From contig JAZDCZ010000427.1 of assembly GCA_036679605.1 (NCBI GenBank), forward strand, positions 20,653 through 84,652: a stretch of DNA of 64,000 nt, in the 5' to 3' direction. Both the position numbers and the translations under genes were made by a program. A model generated the notes under the pieces. It was not told the DNA's origin. It saw nothing but the letters and a program-made list of their open reading frames with translations, and did no database searches. Shown here piece by piece: positions 18,979 through 29,108 of the stretch (position 1 is the stretch's first letter; every line of letters starts with the position of its first letter). Source of the stretch: Gemmatimonadota bacterium (GTDB lineage: Bacteria; Gemmatimonadota; Gemmatimonadetes; Gemmatimonadales; GWC2-71-9).

Positions 18979-19170
18979 CTGTCCCAGAGGTTGGTTGCAT
19001 ATCGGCACGCACCCGTGGTTCCCTCCGGGCGCTCCCGGACCGCGGACTCGACGCCCGCACCGACCGGGTGATCGGCGCTAGGGCGGTGGGCGGCGCCGAG
19101 ACCGCCGGCCCTAACGCGCCCTTCGTGATCCCGGATGCGTGCCGTCTATTTACAGGAACTTCGGGGACGG
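18979..19170 (-). ncRNA. Candidate structured non-coding RNA (long closing stems, internal bubble, multibranch with four hairpins)
   Basis: Pairings seen: 18981-18992/19157-19168, 19003-19015/19132-19144, 19024-19029/19034-19039, 19042-19047/19053-19058, 19060-19065/19070-19075 and 19076-19084/19108-19116. Most non-canonical pairs are G-U on the minus strand. Confidence 0.55.
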
Positions 19171-19193
19171 AACAGTACCGACTAGGGTCAGTA

Positions 19194-20507
19194 TTAGTTG
19201 CTGCTCGCCCCCTGGTTGATCCAGTTGCGCACGATGTCGCGCAGGAGCGTGGACAGCGTGCCCGTGAGTGGCATAACGATCCCACATCCGGCCGGCTGAG
19301 TGTTGTCCATCTTCTGCATCAGGAAACTGCCGTTCGCGTTCGAGGCCACCACCAGCGTACCACAGCTGGCCGCATTGAGAGACGGTGGCTGACCCACCAG
19401 GCCCGCCGTGGTGTTGAACGTGCTGTGGCACTGCAGACAGGTCGCCCCGAAGGTCAAACCGAACAAGAACTGCACGTTGTAGGAAAACGACGTTGCGACA
19501 TCGACCGCTTGGGATGTGGCCGAGGTGAGATCTGGTGCACTGAATTGGAGTCGGTGACTTCCCGTGCCTAGCGTATCACCAGCGGCCTGGGGACCGCGAA
19601 TCAATAGATCGGTGAACGTCGCCTGGCCGTTTACCGGTAGCACAGTCGTCGTTCCAATCAGGACACCGTTGCCGCTAAAGACACTTGCCGTTACGGGATC
19701 CGTCGCGGCAAACACGCGGGTCCCGGCAGTGTCACGGATCTCTACCACAGGCTGTGTCGAAAGGGCCACGTTGGCCGTTGCACCCGCGGGTTGAGTAACG
19801 ACCACCAGTTGGCCGGGGTTGCCGGTCGGCGGCGCGCTCACGGCGAAGGTCACGGCAACCGGCTGGGGGCTGTTGCCGGCCGCCGCAGATCGCACCGAGA
19901 CGGTGGCGCCGTACGATCCGGGTAGCAGAGTACCGGTCGAGACCTGGATGACCAGATCCGTAGGAGCACTGTCGGAAGCCAAAGCGGCCTGGAGCCAACC
20001 CTGAGCGGGTCCGCCGTATGCAATGGGGTCGACCGTAAGACCGTTCAGAACTCCGGGGCCTGAGTTGCTTACGGTCACCGTCTGAGACGGTGGATCGGCA
20101 CCACCTGCGAAAGCGCTGATCAGTACAGTATCGGGAGTGAGCGCGATGGCGGGGGGAGCCACCACCACGGTGGCTGACCCGCTTGCTCCCTCTATCACGG
20201 CCGTCACCTTGGCGGTTCCCAAGCTCAACGCCTGTACCACTCCCCCGCTACTAATGGTGGCCACCTGCAGTGGGTCAGTAGTCCAGGAAGGGGGCCCACC
20301 GGCGACCGCGGCCACGCTCACATCTAGAGCGACCGCACTGAACGAACCGGTCTCACCAACTGCAATCAATATCGTGTCCGGAAAGACCCGAACGGCAACT
20401 ATCTCTCCCGGTCCGATCGTGGGACTGTCGCCGAAGCAAGACAGCATCGAGGTCGTGGTGACACCATACAGCAAGAGCAACCACGGACGGCTTCGCAGTG
20501 CATGCAT
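19194..20507 (-). CDS. Putative lipoprotein with Ig-like (Big_2/BACON-like) domains and a C-terminal c-type cytochrome domain
   Basis: MLSC lipobox-like motif, Ig-like repeats, CLQCH heme motif followed by MP...WINQGA. Confidence 0.75.
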   Translation of the reverse strand: MHALRSRPWLLLLYGVTTTSMLSCFGDSPTIGPGEIVAVRVFPDTILIAVGETGSFSAVALDVSVAAVAGGPPSWTTDPLQVATISSGGVVQALSLGTAKVTAVIEGASGSATVVVAPPAIALTPDTVLISAFAGGADPPSQTVTVSNSGPGVLNGLTVDPIAYGGPAQGWLQAALASDSAPTDLVIQVSTGTLLPGSYGATVSVRSAAAGNSPQPVAVTFAVSAPPTGNPGQLVVVTQPAGATANVALSTQPVVEIRDTAGTRVFAATDPVTASVFSGNGVLIGTTTVLPVNGQATFTDLLIRGPQAAGDTLGTGSHRLQFSAPDLTSATSQAVDVATSFSYNVQFLFGLTFGATCLQCHSTFNTTAGLVGQPPSLNAASCGTLVVASNANGSFLMQKMDNTQPAGCGIVMPLTGTLSTLLRDIVRNWINQGASSN

Positions 20508-20526
20508 TATCTAGCGGTCCCCAACT

Positions 20527-23025
20527 TCAGTTGCGGGTTTCGGTGATGCGCCAGCCGCTCGGGCCGCGCCGCAGAGTCATGTGAAATGTGACGGGAGCAG
20601 TCTCGTTCCTACCGGACGCGGTGTTACGGAACCTGTAGGTCCCACTCAAGCCCACCTGCGCCTCATCTCCGTTAATCGCAAGGTCGCTGATTTCCAGCGC
20701 CACTCTTAGATCTTTCATGATTTCAAAAGAGTTCCTGAGGTCGCTCTCCTGCTTCGATGTGATGCCCGGGTGGATTCGCTTCACCCGCTCCATGTCATGC
20801 AACTCCAATGCACGCCCGTACAGTTGTATCACGTCCGAAATCGCTTGGCGATCGTTCACCGGGTCGGGTGTCGCCACGGTCTCCGCATTAACCATGACGG
20901 TCGCAGAGGCGATCTTCCCATCGATTTCAGCCGTAATGCTGGTCGTGCCGGCGGCGTGTGCTATCACGAGTCCGTCGGTCACGGTCGCGACATGGGCGTT
21001 GCTACTGGCCCATTTCACACTTCGTCCCGAAATCTGCGTATTGCGCGCGCTAAGGCCACTCGCCGACAACCGCACGGTTTGGCCGACCGGCATCGGGGCC
21101 GGATTCGACGGCACAATAGATACGAAAACCACCGGCTCGGGGAGTATCTCCACATTCCACGTGGCCGACTTTCCCTCGCTGGTGGCCGTGACTCTCACGG
21201 TGCCGGCCGAAACACCTGTCAATATTCCGGTTCCTGCGTCTATTCGCCCCACATTGGGATCGCTGGATCTCCACACCACACGCCTGTCCGGAAGCGGATT
21301 TCTCCCGTTATCTCTGGTTACGGCACGCAGCTGCGCCGTCGCTCCCACCACCACCGAAGGAGGAGGATTGAAGACATTGATGGACGCCACCGCAGCCCTG
21401 GTGGTAGTTGGCTCGGACGGCCTGCTCACCACCGCGGGCCGAGCCACCACCACCTCGGTGGTTGCCGACCGACCACCGCTGCTTGCTGTTATGATGCTGG
21501 TACCAGGTGCACGGGCGAATAACAACCCGGCGGTCGAGACCGTTGCCACAGAGGTATCGCTCGAGGTCCACAGCAGACTCACTCCGGTGACTGCAGCGTT
21601 CGCCCCATCCAACGCCGTCGCACTCAGCTGCGCAGAGGATCCGACGCTGAGTGCACCCCGGACGGGCGACAGTTGTAAGCGCACGACGCCGGTAGGCGCG
21701 GCGACTTGAGTCGGCGACGAGTTGGCCGGAACGGGATCCGGCTTATTCTGCCACGGCGCGAGCCAAACAACCGATGCGGCAGCGGCAGCCACGACCACTC
21801 CACCTACAATCAATCCCGTTCGCCGCTTTTGCGGCGGGACCGCACCTTCTACGGAAGTGCGCGGAGCCGACGCCATCTTCACCGTCGCTGCCTCAGCGTG
21901 CGATATCGATCTCCCACCTACATCAGCGGGCCCTCCCACCGGTATCGGGCTGCGAGGCGTACTGATCCGCTTCAAGATCTCCTCGTTCGTACCCGCCTTT
22001 GCGAGGTCGATCATCTGGGTCCTCACCGGATGATCGAAGGACAGCGAGGCTTCCCCACCCAAGTTGGCTACGGCCTCTTCCATGGAGGGCCATCTATCTT
22101 CTGGTTTCTTCGCCAGCATTCGCAGTACCGTGGCGGGGAAAGGCTCTGGACAGTCGCCCCTTATCTCCGTCACTTCCGGCGGCGGCTCATTACAATGCAG
22201 GTACATGATTGTCATCACCGTTTCGGCATCGAACAGCGGCTTCCCCGTCAACATCTCGTACGCCACCACGCCGAGTGAGTACTGGTCCGACGCACCCGTG
22301 ATTTTCCCCGCCATACACTGCTCGGGGCTCATGTAAGTCGGCGTTCCGATTGTCGCACCGGTCATCGTCAAGCCCTGCTGGTCGGCAACCTTGGCGATGC
22401 CGAAGTCGGTCAACACCGGCATTCCCTCGACATCGATCATGATATTGGCCGGCTTTATATCACGATGCACGACCCCGTTCCTGTGGCCGTACCCGAGGGC
22501 TTCACCCATCTTGCCGAGAATCGTTTGTACCATTGGTATGGGAAGAGGCCCAACTTCTTTGATAATCGAATCCAGCGGCCGCCCTTCGACGAACTTCATA
22601 ACAAAGAACAGGAGTCCTTTGGTCTCCCGCACCGCATAGATGGGAATGATGTGGGGATGGCTGAGCGAGGCAGCCGTACGCGCCTCCAATTTGAACCGTT
22701 CGATCATTCCCTCGCCCTCCAACAGCGCCGGGGACATGACCTTGATAGCCACTTTGCGATCCAGTTGGATATCGTGTGCGAGGAAAACCGTGGCCATGCC
22801 ACCCTGGCCCAGCTCGGCGAGGATCTCGTAGTCGCCGAGCGTCGCATCTCGCAAAGCGTCCATGACGGTACGCTGGAACACGGCGGTGGCATCTCCGCCC
22901 GCCTGCATCTGCTCGGTCCCCAACGGGGTTTGCGGACCTGATACGTCATTCCCACATTGCTTGCAAAACCGCGAGTCGGGTTCGATCGCCGCCCCACAAC
23001 GCGTGCAGGTTACGCCAGTAGCCAT
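20527..23025 (-). CDS. Ser/Thr protein kinase with N-terminal zinc ribbon, TM segment and extracellular Big_2 Ig-like repeats
   Basis: CTRC/CKQC, LGQGGMATV, HRDIKPAN, DFGIA, GTPTYMSPEQ and repeated WxSSxxxVAxV. Confidence 0.92.
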   Translation of the reverse strand: MATGVTCTRCGAAIEPDSRFCKQCGNDVSGPQTPLGTEQMQAGGDATAVFQRTVMDALRDATLGDYEILAELGQGGMATVFLAHDIQLDRKVAIKVMSPALLEGEGMIERFKLEARTAASLSHPHIIPIYAVRETKGLLFFVMKFVEGRPLDSIIKEVGPLPIPMVQTILGKMGEALGYGHRNGVVHRDIKPANIMIDVEGMPVLTDFGIAKVADQQGLTMTGATIGTPTYMSPEQCMAGKITGASDQYSLGVVAYEMLTGKPLFDAETVMTIMYLHCNEPPPEVTEIRGDCPEPFPATVLRMLAKKPEDRWPSMEEAVANLGGEASLSFDHPVRTQMIDLAKAGTNEEILKRISTPRSPIPVGGPADVGGRSISHAEAATVKMASAPRTSVEGAVPPQKRRTGLIVGGVVVAAAAASVVWLAPWQNKPDPVPANSSPTQVAAPTGVVRLQLSPVRGALSVGSSAQLSATALDGANAAVTGVSLLWTSSDTSVATVSTAGLLFARAPGTSIITASSGGRSATTEVVVARPAVVSRPSEPTTTRAAVASINVFNPPPSVVVGATAQLRAVTRDNGRNPLPDRRVVWRSSDPNVGRIDAGTGILTGVSAGTVRVTATSEGKSATWNVEILPEPVVFVSIVPSNPAPMPVGQTVRLSASGLSARNTQISGRSVKWASSNAHVATVTDGLVIAHAAGTTSITAEIDGKIASATVMVNAETVATPDPVNDRQAISDVIQLYGRALELHDMERVKRIHPGITSKQESDLRNSFEIMKDLRVALEISDLAINGDEAQVGLSGTYRFRNTASGRNETAPVTFHMTLRRGPSGWRITETRN

Positions 23026-23317
23026 TACCGGGAGAGACTCAAAAGTGACAATTCAATACTCAACGGCCAAGGAAAACTGCGATATTGGCTTCTCACCACT
23101 ACGCTAAGATAATCGCTGAACGTCGACTCGGCCAATATCCCGAAGCTGCGCGCGTCGGAGCGCCGCGCCTCGTGCACTGGTCGCGGCTCTAAGAGATACA
23201 CAATACCTTGAGGTACAAAGTCAACAGTTCGAGTCAGCTCTGCGTAGTTCACATTGACTCCCGTTTTGAGCGATCTTGCAACTCAAGCCACGCAAGCCCC
23301 TGAACAATGAGCGGAAC

Positions 23318-26092
23318 ATGAAGAACCCACTCCTGTCCGGCAGTTCTCCAATGCTGGTCGCGGTGTGCGCTGCTGCCGCGGCACTCGGCGCACCTTCGAG
23401 CGCCCTGGCACAACAAGACACATGGGCACTGACCAACGTCAGAGTCATCACCGTTTCTGGCAACCCGATTGCAAACGGGACCGTGATCGTGCGCAACGGC
23501 CTCATAGTCGAGGTTGGAGCGTCGGTGACGATTCCACCCGATGCCCGAGTGTTGGATCTCGAAGGCAAGACAGTTTACCCGGGCCTAATAGATGCTGCCT
23601 CAGGCGCTGCTCTGCGGCGGCCACAGCAGCGCCGTCAGACGGGCGGATTCGGCGGCGGGTTTGGCGGACAGCGCGATACTTCACGGTACCAGGGGCTGGA
23701 CCCCGATCGCGTGATAGGGGATGAACTGCGCCCCGACGATCCATCGGTCGCGGCCTGGCGTAAGGTGGGGGTTACCACGGCACTCGTAGCACCCAACCGC
23801 GGCGCCTACCGCGGTCAGAGCGCGCTGATAAATCTCCGGGGCGACGCGCCGGGCGAGATGGTCATACGCTCGCCGGTTGCACTTCACATGGGATTCGAAG
23901 GTGTGCGCGGCCGGTACCCGTCCACGTTGATGGGTGTCCTGTCTTACCAGCGCCAGACAATGCTGGACGCTCAGAATTTGGCCAAGAACCTCGCCCGCTA
24001 CGAGCGGAACCCCAATGGCATCGAGCGGCCCGACCTCGATCCCAAAAGCGAGGCGCTCGTTCCCTACGCTACGGGCCGGGCCTTGGTGGTGATCGACGCA
24101 GGCCAGAACAGATACATCCGTCGTGCAGTCAAGCTGGCCCACGAATTCGGCCTCAACTACATGCTTTCAGGAGTCGGTGAGGGCTGGCAGACCCTTGATC
24201 TTCTCAAGGCGGAGCGACGCGCCGTCATGGTTTCGGTGGACTTTGAAGAAGCTTCTACGATGACCGGCCGGTCGTTTTTCTACACCCGGCAGGGCGAGCC
24301 ACCATCCGACGATGACCTACAGTGGCTGGTGCAGCACAATCCCGCTGCACTCGATTCGGCGGGCATCAACTTCGCCCTTACCTCCGGTAGCGGAGCGGTG
24401 GCGGCATCAGGTTTTGCGGAGGCAGTCCGCAAGGCCATCGCGGCCGGCCTCGCTCAGGACGCGGCCGTACGGGCCGTGACCCTGGCGCCCGCAGAGATAC
24501 TCGGAGTATCCGACAGGCTGGGCTCGGTAGAAGAAGGAAAGATCGCCAATCTGTTGATCGCGTCGGGCGATCTTTTCGCGGATTCCACCAACATCGAAGC
24601 TGTGTTCGTCGATGGCGAGCGCTTTGTCGTCGATCGAAGCCCGGCAGATTCGGGTAGCGGCCGTTCGGTTGCCCGTGGTCGTGGCCGCTTCGGCGCCGGG
24701 GCACGCGGGGCAGGAAGAGGTCGCGGACGCTTCGGTGGACGAGCAGAAGAGGCTCAAGATTCGACGGAGGAGGACTCGGCCCCTGCCGTGCATCCGTCAT
24801 TGCCGACTGCACCGTCGGAGGTCCCTAGGGCGCGCCTAGTGGCAATAGCCAACGCCACGGTGGTGACCGCATCTCACGGTACTCTTGAGAACGCCACGAT
24901 CGTGGTGCGCGACGGCAAGATCGCGGAGATCGGCACAGACGTGGCGGTACCCAGAGGTGCAGATGTAATCGACGCGTCCGGCAAATACGTTATCCCCGGA
25001 ATAATCGACTCGCATTCCCACATGGCGATCGAGGGCGGCATCAACGAGGGCACCGACAATCTGACGCCCCAGGTCCGAGTGGATGACGAGGTCAGGCATG
25101 ACGACATGCAGATCTGGCGAGCGTTGGCCGGTGGTGTTACGACGGCGCATCTGCTACACGGCTCGGCCAACTCCATCGGTGGGCAGGACGCGGTCATCAA
25201 GTTGCGCTGGGGAATGAATCCCGATCAGATGCTGGTCGATGGCGCGCCACGAGGAATCAAGTTTGCGTTGGGCGAGAACCCCAAGCGCTCCAGAGCCGCT
25301 GGAGTCCGTGGTGCTACCCGCCGGTTCCCCGCCACACGAATGGGTGTCGAGTACAGCATTGCTGAGGCGTTCCAACGGGCCATAGCCTATCAAAAGGAGT
25401 GGACTAGCTACGAAGCGGACGCTAAGCGCGCGAAGAGGGGGCAAGCGCCGCTGGAGCCGCGCCGCGATCTGTTCCTCGAGACGCTGGTCGGCATATTGGA
25501 CGGCACCATCCGCGTGCACAGCCACAGCTACAGATCCGACGAGATCCTGATGTTGATGCACTTGGCTGATTCCCTTGGTTTCCAGATCGGCACTTTCCAG
25601 CACGTGCTGGAGGGATACAAGGTGGCCGACGAGATCGCGGCTCACGGGGCAGGTGCCAGCACGTTCGCCGACAATTGGGCTTACAAGCTCGAGGCATATG
25701 ATGCGATTGCTTACAATGCCGCCCTCATGACGCAGCGTGGCGTGAGGGTTTCGATCAACTCGGACAGCGGAGAGCGGATCCGAAGATTGCTGCAGGAGGC
25801 CGCCAAGGCGATGAAGTACGGCGGCGTCTCAGAAGAGGAAGCCATTCGGATGGTGACGCTCAACCCAGCCATGGACATCGCCATGGGGGACAGGCTCGGT
25901 AGCATAGACGTCGGCAAAGATGCCGACATCGTGATCATGTCGGGCCATCCGTTTCATCCACAGAGTAAGGTCGAGAAGACGCTGATAGACGGTATCGTCT
26001 ACTTCGACATTGACACGGCACCGCGACTGGAAGACCTCATACGGCGCCAGAAGAGCAAGAACGAGCGGGTAACGAGCGGAGGTGGACGATGA
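23318..26092 (+). CDS. Secreted two-domain amidohydrolase family protein
   Basis: Two amidohydrolase domains; only the second has an HxH motif (IDSHSH). Start reassigned to ATG 23318. Confidence 0.88.
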   Translation: MKNPLLSGSSPMLVAVCAAAAALGAPSSALAQQDTWALTNVRVITVSGNPIANGTVIVRNGLIVEVGASVTIPPDARVLDLEGKTVYPGLIDAASGAALRRPQQRRQTGGFGGGFGGQRDTSRYQGLDPDRVIGDELRPDDPSVAAWRKVGVTTALVAPNRGAYRGQSALINLRGDAPGEMVIRSPVALHMGFEGVRGRYPSTLMGVLSYQRQTMLDAQNLAKNLARYERNPNGIERPDLDPKSEALVPYATGRALVVIDAGQNRYIRRAVKLAHEFGLNYMLSGVGEGWQTLDLLKAERRAVMVSVDFEEASTMTGRSFFYTRQGEPPSDDDLQWLVQHNPAALDSAGINFALTSGSGAVAASGFAEAVRKAIAAGLAQDAAVRAVTLAPAEILGVSDRLGSVEEGKIANLLIASGDLFADSTNIEAVFVDGERFVVDRSPADSGSGRSVARGRGRFGAGARGAGRGRGRFGGRAEEAQDSTEEDSAPAVHPSLPTAPSEVPRARLVAIANATVVTASHGTLENATIVVRDGKIAEIGTDVAVPRGADVIDASGKYVIPGIIDSHSHMAIEGGINEGTDNLTPQVRVDDEVRHDDMQIWRALAGGVTTAHLLHGSANSIGGQDAVIKLRWGMNPDQMLVDGAPRGIKFALGENPKRSRAAGVRGATRRFPATRMGVEYSIAEAFQRAIAYQKEWTSYEADAKRAKRGQAPLEPRRDLFLETLVGILDGTIRVHSHSYRSDEILMLMHLADSLGFQIGTFQHVLEGYKVADEIAAHGAGASTFADNWAYKLEAYDAIAYNAALMTQRGVRVSINSDSGERIRRLLQEAAKAMKYGGVSEEEAIRMVTLNPAMDIAMGDRLGSIDVGKDADIVIMSGHPFHPQSKVEKTLIDGIVYFDIDTAPRLEDLIRRQKSKNERVTSGGGR

Positions 26093-27369
26093 AAAACGGA
26101 ACGAGACTCACAGTGTTGGCAGCCGCGTTGCTGCTTGGAGGTACATGGACTAGCGCGACGGCCCAAACTGTTGCGATCCGTGGCGCGACGATCGTTCCGG
26201 TCACGGGGCCGCAGGTCGAAAACGGGACTATCGTAATGCAAGATGAAAAGATCATCGCTATGGGATCGAACGTCACGATCCCGGCCGGTGCCCGAGTAAT
26301 AGAGGCGAGTGGCAAGTATGTCTACCCCGGAATGATCAACGCATGGACCCAGATCGGGCTGAACGAGATAGGCTCGGTAGCGGGAGGCAACGACGTACGG
26401 GAAATAGGTGACTACAATCCCGCCGTGGCCACGGTCGTGGCGATCAACCCTCATTCAGAAATGGTGCCGGTGGCTCGGGCTAACGGGATCACCAGTGTGC
26501 TGAGCGGACCCTCCGGTGGCAGGATCTCTGGTGTCGCGACGATGATCGACCTGGATGGCTGGACTCCTCAGGAGATGGCGGTCGAGCCGCTGGCGGCTTT
26601 GGTCGTCAACTATCCGCGGTTCGGCACCGGCGGTCGCGGAGGGTTTGGCGGGTTCCGCCGACCACAGGGCTCGGAGGAGGAGCGGCGCCGCACGGCCGAG
26701 CGGCAGGTGAAGGAGCTAAAAGATTACTTCGAGCAGGCCAAGAGTTATGCAGAGCGCAAAGGTCGCAACGCGTTGCCCCAGATGGATCGGCAGATGGAGG
26801 CGATGGTGGCAGCGGTCCGTGGCGAGATGCCTGTCATGATTGCGGCCAACTCCGACGAGGAAATACTCGGCGCGATCGAGCTGGCCGAGGAGTTCGACCT
26901 CGACTACGTGATATCGGGTGGAAGAGAGGCCTGGAAAGTTGTCGACTCGCTCGCCGCCAAGAACGTTCGCCTCGTGTTCTCACAGGTCCTATCGAGCCCC
27001 CGCGGTGATGATCCGTTTGACGCCGTATACGCGCAACCAGGCGTGCTGGCGGATAGGGGAGTCAAGTTCGCGTTTTCGACCGGTGACTATGCCAACTCGC
27101 GGAACCTGCCGTACAACGCCGCAAAGGCGACGGCCTATGGTCTGGATCCCGAGACCGCGCTAAAGGCCCTTACCATCTGGCCCGCCGAGTTCTTCGGAGT
27201 CGATGATAGGTTGGGGAGCTTGGAGGTCGGTAAACAGGCCGATCTGTTCATTTCGGACGGCGACCCCCTGGACGTTAGGACCAACATCGAGGCAGTGTTC
27301 ATTCGCGGACACGAGGTCGACATCGCGACCAGGCATACGCGGTTGTACGACAAGTTCAGGGCTCGGTAA
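26089..27369 (+). CDS. Amidohydrolase family protein (imidazolonepropionase-like, probably lacking metal ligands)
   Basis: YVYPGMIN and GSLEVGKQADL motifs; ATGA overlap with the previous gene. Confidence 0.88.
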   Translation: MKNGTRLTVLAAALLLGGTWTSATAQTVAIRGATIVPVTGPQVENGTIVMQDEKIIAMGSNVTIPAGARVIEASGKYVYPGMINAWTQIGLNEIGSVAGGNDVREIGDYNPAVATVVAINPHSEMVPVARANGITSVLSGPSGGRISGVATMIDLDGWTPQEMAVEPLAALVVNYPRFGTGGRGGFGGFRRPQGSEEERRRTAERQVKELKDYFEQAKSYAERKGRNALPQMDRQMEAMVAAVRGEMPVMIAANSDEEILGAIELAEEFDLDYVISGGREAWKVVDSLAAKNVRLVFSQVLSSPRGDDPFDAVYAQPGVLADRGVKFAFSTGDYANSRNLPYNAAKATAYGLDPETALKALTIWPAEFFGVDDRLGSLEVGKQADLFISDGDPLDVRTNIEAVFIRGHEVDIATRHTRLYDKFRAR

Positions 27370-27559
27370 TATCGGAGGCCTCGGCCACGCACTTTAGGGC
27401 GTAGCGCATCGCCTGACCCAGGAGCGCCGGCGGGTGCCCTTCGAGGAACGGTTCAGGGGGATCTACGTAGAGCCAGAAGATCTCCATGCACTGTTCGTCG
27501 CTGAGTTCGTCGATCCAGGCGGTACCTGATTGGTTGTCCGATGTTCCAGTTTTGGCCAT
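27356..27559 (-). CDS. Small hypothetical protein
   Basis: GGAGGG/GAGG upstream of ATG 27559; no recognisable motif. Confidence 0.35.
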   Translation of the reverse strand: MAKTGTSDNQSGTAWIDELSDEQCMEIFWLYVDPPEPFLEGHPPALLGQAMRYALKCVAEASDITEP

Positions 27560-27756
27560 CCTCTGCCCTCCCAACCCCTAGTTCGAGCCAACATTACACT
27601 GTCGCCTGGTCAAAGACGCTCCTCTAATCTTCCACCCGACAAGCGAAGCCCGCAATGCTCCGTTCCGTCGGCGCACATTGACCATGTGAACCAGAGAGAG
27701 CATTATCTGCGATTGACGCATCATACCCTCTTCTTCAGGGACCACACGATAGACGC

Positions 27757-29058
27757 ATGAAAGTAGCTATCCTCGGCGCTGGCACTGCAGGATTCATGGC
27801 TGCCACGCATCTTTCACGGCACTTTCCGGAAATCGAGTTGATCCATATCTTCGACCCGAAGATAGGAACTATCGGCGTCGGGGAAGGAACGACGCCGGGT
27901 TTCCGATCCTGGTTGGCCCAGATAGCCCCCGTGGAATTCAAAACACTGAAGGGGGAATGTTACGCGACCGAGAAGCGTGGCATTCGATTTGAAAACTGGG
28001 GCAAAACGAATGAATTATTTTACAACGATTTTTTCCCTCGTGACCGTAGCGGATTACATATCTCTGCAGCACACCTTGTCACCTTCCTATCGACGTATGT
28101 CAACGTCGACCCGACCGCGGGACATGTCACAAGGTTGGAAGACCTAGGGGATTCGGTAGTAGTAGAAGTAGCTGGAGCGCCCAGCCTCACGGTGGATCTG
28201 GTTATCGACGCCCGCGGATTTCCCCGAGTCTTAGACCCGACCCAGCATCTTCGGCTCAATTGGATTCCAACCAACGCCGCGCTAGTGACTGCGGGACCGC
28301 CGGTCGATAGCACCGAACGCACTCGTGCCGTAGCCCGGTCGCATGGCTGGGTTTTCGTCATTCCCCTCACCCAGCATACGTCCTACGGTTATGTATGCAG
28401 CGAAGACTGTGTTGAGATCCAAGAGGTTGAGAACGATTTCTCGCTCTTTCTCAAGTCGGAGAGCGTGGCGCGGCACGACAGGCCCCGGTGCATTCGATTT
28501 CCCAATTTCGTGTGCCGAGAGCCGTTCCAAGGACGGGTTTGCAAGATCGGCAATGCAGCCTCGTTCATTGAGCCGCTCGAGGCAACCTCGATCGCCGTGG
28601 TGAAGGCCCAGTTGGAACTTCTTACTCCGTGGCTTAGGTTGTCCAGGCTTGGCTACAAAGGTCCAGTGGACGGGAAACTGGTGGCCCACATCAGCGGCGA
28701 GATGCGCGAACTCGTGCTCGAGTTGTCGTTGTTCGTAGCCTGGCATTATGGAATGGGATCCACATTCGAGACCCGGTTCTGGGAGCTTGCAAGATCACGA
28801 TTCCAGCAGGGGCTGCTCGAAACCGCATCAGACGAGTGTCGGCGGAAGTTCGATACTCACATGAAGCACGCGTCGCAGGTCCCCGTAGAGAAACTCGATC
28901 TCATACAAACCAGCAACGACCTCGACCACGTCATACCAGAGCACGTATCGTTTCCGAAACCCTTCGGCGGTATGTCGCCGATCGGATTTGCCCAACTCTC
29001 ACGCGGCATCGGCGATGTAGATAGGCTCTCCATAAAGGATTCGCTCGCACCGGCTTAG
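27757..29058 (+). CDS. Flavin-dependent halogenase (tryptophan halogenase family), short form
   Basis: GAGTAG, IGVGEGT, ATEKRGIRFENW (catalytic Lys position), GWVFVIPL and GNAASFIEPLEAT motifs. Confidence 0.88.
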   Translation: MKVAILGAGTAGFMAATHLSRHFPEIELIHIFDPKIGTIGVGEGTTPGFRSWLAQIAPVEFKTLKGECYATEKRGIRFENWGKTNELFYNDFFPRDRSGLHISAAHLVTFLSTYVNVDPTAGHVTRLEDLGDSVVVEVAGAPSLTVDLVIDARGFPRVLDPTQHLRLNWIPTNAALVTAGPPVDSTERTRAVARSHGWVFVIPLTQHTSYGYVCSEDCVEIQEVENDFSLFLKSESVARHDRPRCIRFPNFVCREPFQGRVCKIGNAASFIEPLEATSIAVVKAQLELLTPWLRLSRLGYKGPVDGKLVAHISGEMRELVLELSLFVAWHYGMGSTFETRFWELARSRFQQGLLETASDECRRKFDTHMKHASQVPVEKLDLIQTSNDLDHVIPEHVSFPKPFGGMSPIGFAQLSRGIGDVDRLSIKDSLAPA

Positions 29059-29108
29059 GTCGATTCGCGATCACGGAGGCTCACCCCAAGACAGTGGACT
29101 CAAGATAG

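Noticed and set aside
18971..19285. 104-aa minus-strand ORF across the intergenic gap
   Set aside because: It overlaps the cytochrome-domain gene out of frame and has low-complexity composition; the RNA structure explains the region better.
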